DNA from: Candidatus Hydrogenedentota bacterium
Lineage (GTDB): Bacteria > Hydrogenedentota > Hydrogenedentia > Hydrogenedentales > SLHB01
Length of the DNA: 35,182 nucleotides
Assembly (NCBI GenBank): GCA_045863295.1
Contig: BTWA01000048.1
Span: 1 to 35,182, forward strand
Direction: 5' to 3'
The notes below the pieces were generated by a model. That model saw nothing but the letters and a program-made list of their open reading frames with translations, was not told the origin of the DNA and searched no databases. The number at the start of each line of letters is the position of its first letter. Position 1 is the stretch's first letter. Made by a program: the position numbers and the translations under genes. Shown one piece after another: positions 26,517 through 35,182 of the stretch.

Positions 26517-27029
26517 CTATGTTTCCTGCCTGTCTTTTCCCGGCAAACGGAATGTCTTGGGCGTGTACAACCATTCCAATTGCCCCGTGCCGGCTACCGG
26601 TCGCGCCCAGGCGATGCAGGCAACGCCCGCCTTCTTCAGCGACGTGATCGCCCCGCCGGTTCCCAGGCACAGCCCGATGATTTCGTCGAGGTTGGGGGCG
26701 TGACCGAAACACATCACATCAACGTCGCCGCGATCGTGCAGAAATTCCACCAGGGCCGACGGAGGTGCTTCAGGAAGGAGAGACTGAGTCAATTGAATTT
26801 TGACCTTGCTTAGGCCCATCGCTTCAGAGACGATCTCCGCCGTCTGCCGTGCCCTGGTATACGGACTGCTCAGCAACTGTGCCGGATGCACGCCCATCGC
26901 GGCGAGACCTAACGCGACTTCGCGTATCCGCACTTTCCCTTTGTCAGTGATCCATCGATCCGGATCGGAGGGACAAGACGGATCGTCTCTATCGATTGCG
27001 ATACCGTGGCGAAACAGATACAGGCGCAT
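26517..27029 (-). CDS. sixA: Phosphohistidine phosphatase SixA
   Basis: LYLFRHG, D..R.IT.KG, SSPYTRARQTA, GHAP and LKKAG. Confidence 0.85.
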   Translation of the reverse strand: MRLYLFRHGIAIDRDDPSCPSDPDRWITDKGKVRIREVALGLAAMGVHPAQLLSSPYTRARQTAEIVSEAMGLSKVKIQLTQSLLPEAPPSALVEFLHDRGDVDVMCFGHAPNLDEIIGLCLGTGGAITSLKKAGVACIAWARPVAGTGQLEWLYTPKTFRLPGKDRQET

Positions 27030-27096
27030 GGCGGACCCTCCTCCAACCAGTATATACCCATCCTGGCCGCCGCCAATGGCTGTCCGAAGCCAGGGC

Positions 27097-27414
27097 CTAC
27101 TTTACAAGAATAAGTTCCATGACGCATGACGTGTGCACCGCGATGGCATGCTTCAATCCGGGTTCCATCCGGATCCAGGTGCCGGCCTGGGCGGTCACTT
27201 TCTGTTCGCCCAGCGTCACCTCGGCTTCGCCTTGTAGAAAGTGCATGACCGCCTCCATCGGCGAAGTGTGATCCGAAAGTGTCTGGCCGGCGGAAAAAGC
27301 AAATAGGACTACCCGGATGCCCTCCGTGGCCAACAGCGTCCGGCTGAGAATTCCATCCGGAGGCACTTCCACTTGCGTGCCCAGTTGATGAAGAACGGTA
27401 TACGGAGCGTTCAT
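27097..27414 (-). CDS. Cupin-domain protein
   Basis: ILSRTL...VVLFAFSAGQTLSDHTSP...LQGE...AG.WIRM.PGLKHA. AGGAGG RBS precedes ATG 27414. Confidence 0.85.
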   Translation of the reverse strand: MNAPYTVLHQLGTQVEVPPDGILSRTLLATEGIRVVLFAFSAGQTLSDHTSPMEAVMHFLQGEAEVTLGEQKVTAQAGTWIRMEPGLKHAIAVHTSCVMELILVK

Positions 27415-27427
27415 GGTGAGAGTCCTC

Positions 27428-28009
27428 CTACTTCGAATGAGCGCACACAGCACCGGATGTGGTCGAAGAACCAAGTTCGCGCATCAAGAAATCGGCCAAG
27501 TCCTCGAAATGCGACTTGCGGTCGGTTGCGTTGTCCAATCGGGAAAACGCCGATGCGAGGTGTTCCAGTTCTCCTTGAGAGAGCAATTGAATCGACAGGG
27601 GAAAGAGGCAATGGTCCTCTTTGCGAATATGGGCGCGAAGCAGTGCGGTATATTCCGCTGCACATTGAGCGAACCGATCAAACGAATCAGGATCACCGTG
27701 GGCTGCCAGTGGCAACGCTTCGCGCAACGCTCGAATACATGCCCGGCCCATTTCATGCTCGCGACGCATCACTTCCGTTGGGCCGTTGGCATTCGGCAGT
27801 CCTCGAAGTTCGAGCAGCGGAAAAAACTGGTCTTCCTCTTTGGCGTGATGCACGCCATCGGCATAGTGTTGAAAGAAATCGAGAGCGGCTTCGGCCTTGG
27901 GCTGGTCCACAAGGCCTTGGCAGTGCGCCTGGGCGACAATGCGATCGAGACATTCCAGCACGGCTTCGATCTTTCGATGTTCATCCATGAGTACAGCGAC
28001 GGGATTCAT
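27428..28009 (-). CDS. Hemerythrin (HHE) domain protein
   Basis: LMDEHRKI, YADGVHHAKEED.FFP, MRREHEMGR and LRAHIRKED..LFP di-iron ligand motifs. AAGGAG RBS precedes ATG 28009. Confidence 0.88.
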   Translation of the reverse strand: MNPVAVLMDEHRKIEAVLECLDRIVAQAHCQGLVDQPKAEAALDFFQHYADGVHHAKEEDQFFPLLELRGLPNANGPTEVMRREHEMGRACIRALREALPLAAHGDPDSFDRFAQCAAEYTALLRAHIRKEDHCLFPLSIQLLSQGELEHLASAFSRLDNATDRKSHFEDLADFLMRELGSSTTSGAVCAHSK

Positions 28010-28034
28010 AGGGGCACTCCTTTTCAAATAAATG

Positions 28035-28052
28035 ATAACAACATGCCGTTAT
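28035..28052. promoter_or_regulatory. Candidate Rrf2 operator upstream of the hemerythrin gene
   Basis: Palindrome ATAAC-aa-CATG-cc-GTTAT in an AT-rich spacer, similar to the site at 28504-28521. Confidence 0.45.
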
Positions 28053-28079
28053 ATGATTAATGCCAAAATTTTTTCCGCG

Positions 28080-28493
28080 TCACCGTCCCTCCAGATTCAG
28101 TCCTGCCACGTCAGCCACGGTCGTGTCGCGCAGCAAGCGCAAAAATGAATCTCGAATAGGTGCCCATTTATGGTGAACGGCACAGGCGTGCTCGGACGTG
28201 CACTCTGAGTTTCCAATAAAGCAACCATTCCAACGGCTCAGGTGTTCAAACGGTTCCGCAATGTCATAAAGAGTTAACACTTCAGGGCGGCGGGCCAGTC
28301 TGAAACCGCCGTTGAGACCTTTTTGGGAAATCAGAATCCCTTCTTTTGCAAGGGTTTGCATCATTTTCCCAAGGTAGTTCTGGGCCGCATCGATTTCGTT
28401 GGCGACGGCATGGGCGCCTGCGTACTGGTTCTCCGGAAGCCGTGCAAGGATCGCAACAGCCCGTATGGCCTGCAAGGTTGTCTTGGAGAGCAT
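28080..28493 (-). CDS. Rrf2-family transcriptional regulator with Fe-S ligand cysteines
   Basis: MLSKTT.QAIRA, YLGKMMQTL, SQKGLNGGF.LAR and C-x6-C-x5-C-x2-H (CFIGNSECTSEHACAVH). Confidence 0.92.
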   Translation of the reverse strand: MLSKTTLQAIRAVAILARLPENQYAGAHAVANEIDAAQNYLGKMMQTLAKEGILISQKGLNGGFRLARRPEVLTLYDIAEPFEHLSRWNGCFIGNSECTSEHACAVHHKWAPIRDSFLRLLRDTTVADVAGLNLEGR

Positions 28494-28503
28494 AATTAAT
28501 ATC

Positions 28504-28545
28504 CTATTCACATGTGATTATGCCATTCACGGGCGCGATTGTCAA
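28504..28545 (-). promoter_or_regulatory. rrf2 promoter with overlapping palindrome
   Basis: TTGACA (28545-28540), 17-bp spacer, CATAAT (28522-28517) with an extended TG. The palindrome TATTCACATGTGATTA (28505-28520) covers the -10/+1 region. Confidence 0.7.
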
Positions 28546-28621
28546 ATCGACGCAAGGAAACCGCCCGAAAAACCCACTCCAGTAGACCGCCTACATCCCG
28601 TCAGAACCGTGCCTGTAGCGA

Positions 28622-30103
28622 TCAACCGGGAGGCGACGCCAGGAGAGCCCGGATAAGAGCTTCCACCTCAACCGTTGCCATGCCTGTTGTCTGGTCGGAC
28701 ATGGCATAAGGAATGTACAGCAAGTTGCCGAAAACCATGGAACCGCACGAGTACAAAACGTTTGGCGTGTACCCCTCCCGTTCGTCTTCCGTTGGAGTCA
28801 TGAGCGGATCTCGAAGCCGCCCGATGATGCGCGTGGGATCGTTGATGTCGAGCAGCATCGCGCCGATGGAGTACTGGCGCATTGGTCCAACGCCGTGTGT
28901 GATCAAAAGCCAGCCGGCCTCCGTCTCAATGGGTGAACCGCAGTTTCCCATCAACATGAGTTCCCAAGGGTACTCCGGCTTCGCAAGCAACGTGGCAGTC
29001 TCCCAGAAGTGCACCATGTCCGAGTACATGATGTAGAGATTCTGGCCGTCGAGCCGTCCGCACATGGCAAAGTGCCCGTTGATCCGGCGAGGAAACAGCG
29101 CCATTCCCTTGTTGCGGGCACATTCACCGTTCATGGTGTGAATGTGAATGGTGCGCCCGGACTTCCATTCCATCAGCATGGGCAACATTCGGACGCCGTT
29201 ATACGCGGAATAGGTGCCAAAGTACGATTTCTTCCCGTCCTCGTGGGTGAATTGCACCATGCGCAGGTCTTCAATGCCCTTGGACTCGTTCTCTGTGTTC
29301 GGGAAAATAACCAACTCCGAAATGTTGGCGTCCGGCGGCAGTTCGAGGCGATAGTTACAGTGCGCCAGCCACAGCATCGTATCCGCCGTCTCCGCCATCT
29401 GCGGGTTTTCTTCGCGAATGGCGCTCCATTGACCCACCACTTGCTGCAACTCGGCGAACGTAAAGTCCTCGGGAAGTTTTTCCAACAATTCGTCGGCGAT
29501 ACGCATGTTGGCCGTCATTTCGCTTAGTTTTCGCCGGTACAAAGCTTTCACATATTGGTTGTCAGGGGATTGACGGATGGGGGTTGTGTAGCGTGAAGGA
29601 GGATCAAGCGTTACATCACCGTTGGCGTAGATTGAACCTCTGCGAAACACAACGCACGAAACGTGGCCTTCGCCGGTTGCGCGCAAACTCATGACAAATC
29701 GGATGCCACCCGGAGGCACGTTGCTCTGATCGTCGTCGGGAACGATAGAAGGATTGAACAGTGCCGCCGAGGCAATGGAGTGCTCCATGGTGAAGTAACT
29801 GCCAATCAACAGCCTGTAATTCCTGGGCAACTCGTCGGAATGGCCGGTTAGCTTTTCCACATGCTGGAAGTTTCGCAAGAATATATCGTGGACATTCTGG
29901 TGACGATCGCCAAATCTGGCGATTACCTGGTCAAGCAAACCGGCGACTGTCTCGGAGTCCAGCGATCGAATGTGTTCGACCGTCGCCGCGAGTCTGTGCT
30001 CAGACCCTACGACAAAAGGCCGTGTAATGATGCGCTTCTCGTCGCGATGCAATCGCAACGACAGCCGTGTCACATTAATGTGTGCCGTGGATACAGCCGC
30101 CAT
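28622..30103 (-). CDS. Glycoside hydrolase/phosphorylase family 130 with N-terminal extension
   Basis: AALFNPS, GIEDLR, NKGMALFPRRING, GNCGSPIET..GWLLITHG and REGYTPNVLYSCG..IPYAMSD. GGAGG spacing favours ATG 30103. Confidence 0.88.
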   Translation of the reverse strand: MAAVSTAHINVTRLSLRLHRDEKRIITRPFVVGSEHRLAATVEHIRSLDSETVAGLLDQVIARFGDRHQNVHDIFLRNFQHVEKLTGHSDELPRNYRLLIGSYFTMEHSIASAALFNPSIVPDDDQSNVPPGGIRFVMSLRATGEGHVSCVVFRRGSIYANGDVTLDPPSRYTTPIRQSPDNQYVKALYRRKLSEMTANMRIADELLEKLPEDFTFAELQQVVGQWSAIREENPQMAETADTMLWLAHCNYRLELPPDANISELVIFPNTENESKGIEDLRMVQFTHEDGKKSYFGTYSAYNGVRMLPMLMEWKSGRTIHIHTMNGECARNKGMALFPRRINGHFAMCGRLDGQNLYIMYSDMVHFWETATLLAKPEYPWELMLMGNCGSPIETEAGWLLITHGVGPMRQYSIGAMLLDINDPTRIIGRLRDPLMTPTEDEREGYTPNVLYSCGSMVFGNLLYIPYAMSDQTTGMATVEVEALIRALLASPPG

Positions 30104-30126
30104 GCTCATCCTCCGGTCGTGTGATT

Positions 30127-32445
30127 TCAGTTGTACGCTTTCTCGGCAGCGGGTTCCGATGCCGTATCGGAGGCCACCGGCCGCGCAAGGTCAAGCATGG
30201 TGAGCAGGGCGATCAGCCAGGCCAGTGTGGATTCCGCACCCTGATTCAGATTTGGCCCCGAGGGGGTGAGACCGTCGTGCGATCCGCCGGTTTGGTAGTC
30301 GTAGAGGACAACACGGCCATCGTTGTTGCCGAGAAACCAGTCGAAACAGGTGCGAGCCCTTTCGAGCCACACGGAATCCTGTGTGCAGCGATACGCTTCC
30401 GCACAGGCCTCCACCAGGGCGCTCGCGTCGATGGGTTGTTGATCAAAATTCGCACGTCCGCCGTTCTTCTCCATCCACCCCCGGTTGCCGATTAGGCGGA
30501 CCCGATTGTCCGGCCCGATGTGAATCGACACGAGCCACTCAAGCGCGCGCAGTCCCGTTTCGGTCATCGTTGCATTCGGGATCCACTGTCCGCTCAATAC
30601 TAGCGCATGCGGCAGTTTCGCATTGTCATAGGTGAGAATTTCTTCGCTCCAGGGCCAATCCGGAGTACCAAAATCCAGGAAACGTTGGTGCAGCCGATCC
30701 GCAAGCGTATTCCGCATTCGCCTGGCAACGGTATCGCCGTCAAAGTGCCTGAGATAGGCGTGGATGCCTATGAGCGAATAGGCGATGGCGCGTGGCGAGT
30801 CGAGATCCTCTGTTCCGGACAAGGCATGGCTGAACAGGCGGGTCGCAAACGAAAGAATACTGTCGTTTGGCGCGAGCGAAGTGGCAACCCCCAATGCCCA
30901 TAACGCGCGGCCGTGGCTGTCCTGACTGGCCGTTTCATCCAACCACTTCCGATCGTAACTCATGAAGTTACGGAAGCGATTCGTGTTTGAATCAAACGCG
31001 TGGTGCAGAAACGCCAAATAGGTATTTATCAGCGAAATCCCTGACTTCTCCTTCGTCAAATCATGGTGATACAGTGTGGCGATCAGCGCGCGCGCATTGT
31101 CGTCGGTGCAATATCCGTGATCGCGGTCTGGAATACTATATATCGCGTGTTGAAGGATACCCGTGGAATCGGTCAATGTAACCAGATGGTTCATGTCGAT
31201 GTCCGGCATCCCCTTGATGCTTCCGTTACGCCTGTATTGTGCGGTGACGGGCCTGGGCCGGTTCTGGTATTCCTTTACGATAGATGTGGCAAGTTCGGTA
31301 TAGGCGTGCGCGACATTCGTCCAAACCATGCTTCGCCCATGCATATACGCGCGTTTTCGTATCGCGTTGCGTTCCATATCGTTGCCCAGAAGTTCCTTTA
31401 CGTGCCGCGTGAGGGCTTCATGATCGTCAAAGTCAAATAGACGACCGCGATCAGTCCCAATCATTTCTTCCGCATACCAGTACGGCGTGGATATGGCCGC
31501 TTTGCCCGCGCCCATCGCATACGCCAGCGTGCCGGACGTGATCTGTGCTTTGTCCCGGTAAGGCGTCAGATACAGATCGGATGCGCCGATATACCCGCAC
31601 AATTCCTCCAGCGTTACAAATCGATTGTGAAATACCACATGCTCGCGCATGCCCAATTCGTTCGCCAGTTTCTCCAGCGAGACCCTGTACGCGCTACCCT
31701 GATGCTTGATAACATGCGGGTGGGTAGCGCCGAGCACCACGTACACGACATCCGGATGCGACGCCACGATATCGGGTAAAGCCCGGAGCGCCACCTCAAT
31801 TCCTTTTCCGGGCGACAGCAAACCGAACGTCAGGAGGACTGTGCGACCCTCGAGGCCGAATTGATCCTTGTAGAAGGCGGGATCCACAAAGGGTACGTCC
31901 GGAATGCCGTGGGGAATGAACACCACCTTCTCATCTGGCACGCCATACACATCGTTCAAAATCTTGCCGGCCAGTTGACTCATCACCACAAGCCGATCGC
32001 TCCGTTTGCCCAGTTCTTTCAAAACCTTGAGTTGGCCGCGCGTGGGTGTGGCCAGCACGGTATGCAGCGTTGTTATTACGGGCATCCTAAGGTGACTGAG
32101 CAAGGCCAGAATGTGCGAGCCATCGGGGCCGCCAAAGATTCCGTACTCGTGTTGAACAATGGTCACGTCAATCTTGTTGATGTTCAGCAGTTCCGCGGCG
32201 GTCTGATAATCCTGGGGCCGTTGCGCTTGCACCTGAAAGGCCACTTCATGGGGGTAGGGGTAGCCCTCGGGCGAATCGTCCATCGCAATGACCAGCGAAT
32301 TCGCCACGGAACCGGAGTGCGAGAGTGCGGTGCGCAGATCATGGGTAAACGTTGCGATTCCGCACTTGCGCGGCACGTACGACGCCACCAGGGCCACGTT
32401 GCCGATGGGTTGACCCGGCTGAATTATCTCGTTGTGTTCGTTCAC
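30127..32445 (-). CDS. GT4 glycosyltransferase fused to a C-terminal six-hairpin glycosidase-like domain
   Basis: PRKCGIATF, QHEYGIFGG, TTLHT, FGLLSPGKGIE and SGTLAYA (GT4). The C-terminal domain has TDSTGILQHA...GYCTDDNARAL...FDQQP...NQGAEST. GTG start with GGAGG RBS. Confidence 0.9.
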   Translation of the reverse strand: MNEHNEIIQPGQPIGNVALVASYVPRKCGIATFTHDLRTALSHSGSVANSLVIAMDDSPEGYPYPHEVAFQVQAQRPQDYQTAAELLNINKIDVTIVQHEYGIFGGPDGSHILALLSHLRMPVITTLHTVLATPTRGQLKVLKELGKRSDRLVVMSQLAGKILNDVYGVPDEKVVFIPHGIPDVPFVDPAFYKDQFGLEGRTVLLTFGLLSPGKGIEVALRALPDIVASHPDVVYVVLGATHPHVIKHQGSAYRVSLEKLANELGMREHVVFHNRFVTLEELCGYIGASDLYLTPYRDKAQITSGTLAYAMGAGKAAISTPYWYAEEMIGTDRGRLFDFDDHEALTRHVKELLGNDMERNAIRKRAYMHGRSMVWTNVAHAYTELATSIVKEYQNRPRPVTAQYRRNGSIKGMPDIDMNHLVTLTDSTGILQHAIYSIPDRDHGYCTDDNARALIATLYHHDLTKEKSGISLINTYLAFLHHAFDSNTNRFRNFMSYDRKWLDETASQDSHGRALWALGVATSLAPNDSILSFATRLFSHALSGTEDLDSPRAIAYSLIGIHAYLRHFDGDTVARRMRNTLADRLHQRFLDFGTPDWPWSEEILTYDNAKLPHALVLSGQWIPNATMTETGLRALEWLVSIHIGPDNRVRLIGNRGWMEKNGGRANFDQQPIDASALVEACAEAYRCTQDSVWLERARTCFDWFLGNNDGRVVLYDYQTGGSHDGLTPSGPNLNQGAESTLAWLIALLTMLDLARPVASDTASEPAAEKAYN

Positions 32446-32909
32446 GACTCAACCCTCCGTTGACGCTCAGGCGCACCAACTACTCACGACAGTTAGGCCA
32501 GAAAGGCAGGGCTCGCCGCACACCCTTTTCGGGCTGCACGCCGCTTCTAACGGTAATGGTATCGAATGTCTCTTGGCATTGCTGTAAGCCAAATTTGGAC
32601 ATCAGCGCGGTGGCAGGTCGTGATTAGATGGGAATTCGATTCCTAAATAGTCATTTCATGCGCCGGATTCTACATCGTATTGTAACTCATTGCGGTGTTG
32701 TAGACCAGCCCGTGGTTTCGAGGACATATCTGCCGTACGGTTTGTGCACGGCTAAGCTCCAGGCCAAAGCTCCGCAAGAAACTGATGTGAAAGGATTTCG
32801 AAGGAAGATTTGTGCTTAAATGATCGCCAACCAAACGAATTGGATTCCAACTTTCGGAACGCAAATACGCGCTGAAATCAGGCCGATGCGTGCGAAGGGG
32901 AGCACTGAA

Positions 32910-34445
32910 ATGATTTCCATAAGCCGGATTCTAATGTGCATCGCAGCGATTGGGCTGACTGCGTTTTCGGTTTCCGCCCAGGAAGGAGTTGCGCGTAGTC
33001 CCATCAAGACCGTGCTTGTCATCGTACTCGACGGGCTTCGGCCCGACTACGTCACGCCGGAATTGATGCCCGCCCTGCATGCCTTTGCCGAACAGGGAAT
33101 TACTGCCGAAAGGCATCACTCCGTTTTTCCAACGGTGACGCGCGTAAATGCGTCTTCCATATCCACCGGGGCCTATCCGTCGGTCCACGGCATGATGGGG
33201 AATACGGTGTACTTTCCAGGTATTACGGATGCGCCGAAAAGCAGCGGCAATGCACAGAATCTGATCGAGATCAATGAGAACACCGGCAATCGGCTGCAAA
33301 CCGCCACGACACTGGCCGAAGTCATACAAGGGGCGGGCGGCAAGCTGTTTGTTGCCAGCGCGGGCTCATCGGGTTCGGCCTATTGCCTCAACTCACGTGT
33401 GTCGGGCGGCGCGATTGTTAACACTGAGCTGGTGCTTCCTGTGGAATTGCAGGCGAAGGTGGATGAGATGCTGGGGCCTGTGCCGGAGGAGTCATTTCCC
33501 AATACGCCGTTAAACAAACGTGCGGTTGACGCGTACCTGAAAATCGGCCTTGACTTCCTGAAGCCATCGGTGACTCTGATGTGGCTTTCCGATCCCGACC
33601 ATACCGGCCATGCAAAAGGCATCGGTAGCGAGGAGCACCTCGCGTGCCTGCGCGCCGTGGATGCCGAATTTGCACGCATACTTGCAGAGCACGAGATGCG
33701 CGGAATCGCCAGACACACCGACATAATCGTTACTAGCGATCACGGTTTCAGCACCCATGCCGGCAAAAACATGGGTGACTTCATGAACGTGGAATCACTC
33801 AAGCCAATCTTGGATGCGCATCCCATGGCACGCGCCGACGGAGCCATTTACCTTCAAAATGCAACGGACGACGCCATAACGGCGGTGGTGAAACACCTAC
33901 AGACCTTGCCTTGGGTAGGTGCGTTATTCACGAGGGCTGCCGAACCCGGCAGTCCCATGGGGGTCGTGCCGGGCACTCTTTCGCTGGATCTGGTGTATTA
34001 CAACCACGAGCGGTCGCCGCAAATCCTCATGGATTCGCAGTGGTCTGACGACGCCAATGCGATGGGGTGGAAGGGCACGACTCAGCAGACGGGCGTCGCG
34101 GGTCATGGCACTTCCAGCCCTTGGGATATCCATAACACACTCATTGCGGGCGGACCCAGTTTTAAGGCACGCGCGAGAAGTGCAGTCCCGACCGGCAATG
34201 TGGATATCGCGCCAACCGTATGCCGTATCTTGGGTATTTCCCCTGCGGGGACCATGCAGGGCCGGGTACTCGAGGAACTTCTGAAAGACGGACCTGACCC
34301 CGCATCAATCGAGATTAACACCAATCGAATAACGACATCTGTTGATCTCTCGCATGAGACATACCAGCTCGAATTGGTTCAATCGCAGGCCAAGGGTGGG
34401 GTATACGTGGACTATACAAAGGTTGTTCGAACCCGTCACAAGTGA
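32910..34445 (+). CDS. Exported alkaline-phosphatase-superfamily enzyme (nucleotide pyrophosphatase/phosphodiesterase type)
   Basis: Signal peptide after a GGGGAG RBS, then VLDGLRPD, FPTVTRVN (Thr nucleophile), DPDHTGH, TSDHG, GHG and VDIAPT. Confidence 0.87.
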   Translation: MISISRILMCIAAIGLTAFSVSAQEGVARSPIKTVLVIVLDGLRPDYVTPELMPALHAFAEQGITAERHHSVFPTVTRVNASSISTGAYPSVHGMMGNTVYFPGITDAPKSSGNAQNLIEINENTGNRLQTATTLAEVIQGAGGKLFVASAGSSGSAYCLNSRVSGGAIVNTELVLPVELQAKVDEMLGPVPEESFPNTPLNKRAVDAYLKIGLDFLKPSVTLMWLSDPDHTGHAKGIGSEEHLACLRAVDAEFARILAEHEMRGIARHTDIIVTSDHGFSTHAGKNMGDFMNVESLKPILDAHPMARADGAIYLQNATDDAITAVVKHLQTLPWVGALFTRAAEPGSPMGVVPGTLSLDLVYYNHERSPQILMDSQWSDDANAMGWKGTTQQTGVAGHGTSSPWDIHNTLIAGGPSFKARARSAVPTGNVDIAPTVCRILGISPAGTMQGRVLEELLKDGPDPASIEINTNRITTSVDLSHETYQLELVQSQAKGGVYVDYTKVVRTRHK

Positions 34446-34480
34446 AATTCTAACCATCGCAATATTGAGGACACCCCCCA

Positions 34481-35182
34481 ATGCGCCTTTCCCATGCCAC
34501 ATCCATTTTCCTCTTGCTCGCCTCGGCCTCGCCTTCACACTCACAAACGTATGCAGAGCGCATGGGGTGGGAAAAGGGCGCGCGCGTACTGATTATCAAT
34601 GGCGATGATGCCGGTATGACCTATGCCTCGAATGAAGGCGTCATCGCAAGCATCCAGGCGGGCATAACGACTTCCAGTTCAGTTATGGCGCCGTATCCCT
34701 GGGTTTCCGGATACCTCGATTTTTACATGAAGAATCCAAACGTGTGCGTCGGCGCCCATCTCACGTTATGCGCGGAGTGGGATCTGTACCGGGCCATACC
34801 GGTGGCCGGTGCGGCCCGGGTCCCAAGTCTGGCCGATGGTCAAGGATGCCTGCATGACAACAACCGTCTGTTCTCCGCAAGCGCCACACCGGAAGAGGTT
34901 GACATAGAGATTCGCGCGCAGGTCGATCGATTGGAAAGGGCCGGATTCAAGCTTTCACATCTCGATTCGCATATGTGGAGCCTGTTTCAGAAACCCGAGT
35001 ATTGCGAAAAGTATGTGGCGTTGGCTATCGAAAAAGGACTGCCGTTGCGCATCGTGGGAGACACGGTGCCCAACGGATATGCGGCCACCGCGGACCCTGA
35101 ATTCATCGAGGCATGCAAGCCGTTTGTTCAACGAGTTTGGGAAAGTGGCCTTCCCGTGCTCGACGACATGCACACCGCCAGC
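34481..35182 (+). CDS. YdjC/ChbG-family carbohydrate deacetylase (partial, runs off right edge)
   Basis: Not in the ORF track. Manual translation gives MRLSHATSIFLLLASASPSHSQTYAERMGWEKGARVLIINGDDAGM...TSSSVMAP...VGAHLTL.AEW...EIRAQV...SHLDSHM. Confidence 0.88.
   Translation, partial: MRLSHATSIFLLLASASPSHSQTYAERMGWEKGARVLIINGDDAGMTYASNEGVIASIQAGITTSSSVMAPYPWVSGYLDFYMKNPNVCVGAHLTLCAEWDLYRAIPVAGAARVPSLADGQGCLHDNNRLFSASATPEEVDIEIRAQVDRLERAGFKLSHLDSHMWSLFQKPEYCEKYVALAIEKGLPLRIVGDTVPNGYAATADPEFIEACKPFVQRVWESGLPVLDDMHTAS

Noticed and set aside
32573..32592. Possible sigma54 promoter (TGGC...GC)
   Set aside because: The GG-to-GC spacing is 11 bp on both strands rather than the required 10.

Overview
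This is a GC-rich, gene-dense bacterial chromosomal window with no mobile element, CRISPR array or rRNA. The PVC-type heme protein, DUF6807-like protein and Tat-exported Gfo/Idh/MocA enzyme suggest a Hydrogenedentota/PVC-like lineage, which is inference only. From left to right it contains: (1) a carotenoid operon crtY-crtE-crtI (crtI runs off the left edge and is missing from the ORF track), divergent from a B12-dependent CarH/LitR photoreceptor-repressor, with 11-bp direct-repeat operators visible in the intergenic DNA; (2) a REC + degenerate-GGDEF regulator, tRNA-Leu(TAA) and tRNA-Cys(GCA); (3) a YfcE-like phosphoesterase, a DUF6807-like protein and hflK-hflC; (4) a hybrid kinase whose membrane domain resembles a YhhQ/Vut_1 transporter, coupled to a REC-HD-GYP phosphodiesterase; (5) a PHP-like hydrolase, an Ntn acylase and a UvrD/Rep helicase; (6) an exported Gfo/Idh/MocA + propeller/cytochrome c + FG-GAP trio; (7) rrf2-hemerythrin-cupin-sixA with a candidate shared operator; (8) a GT4-fusion + GH130 pair, an alkaline-phosphatase-superfamily enzyme and a partial YdjC/ChbG deacetylase. 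The best candidates for an undescribed system are the transporter-like sensor kinase/HD-GYP relay and the exported sugar-redox trio. All family calls come from motif recognition by eye; no searches were run.
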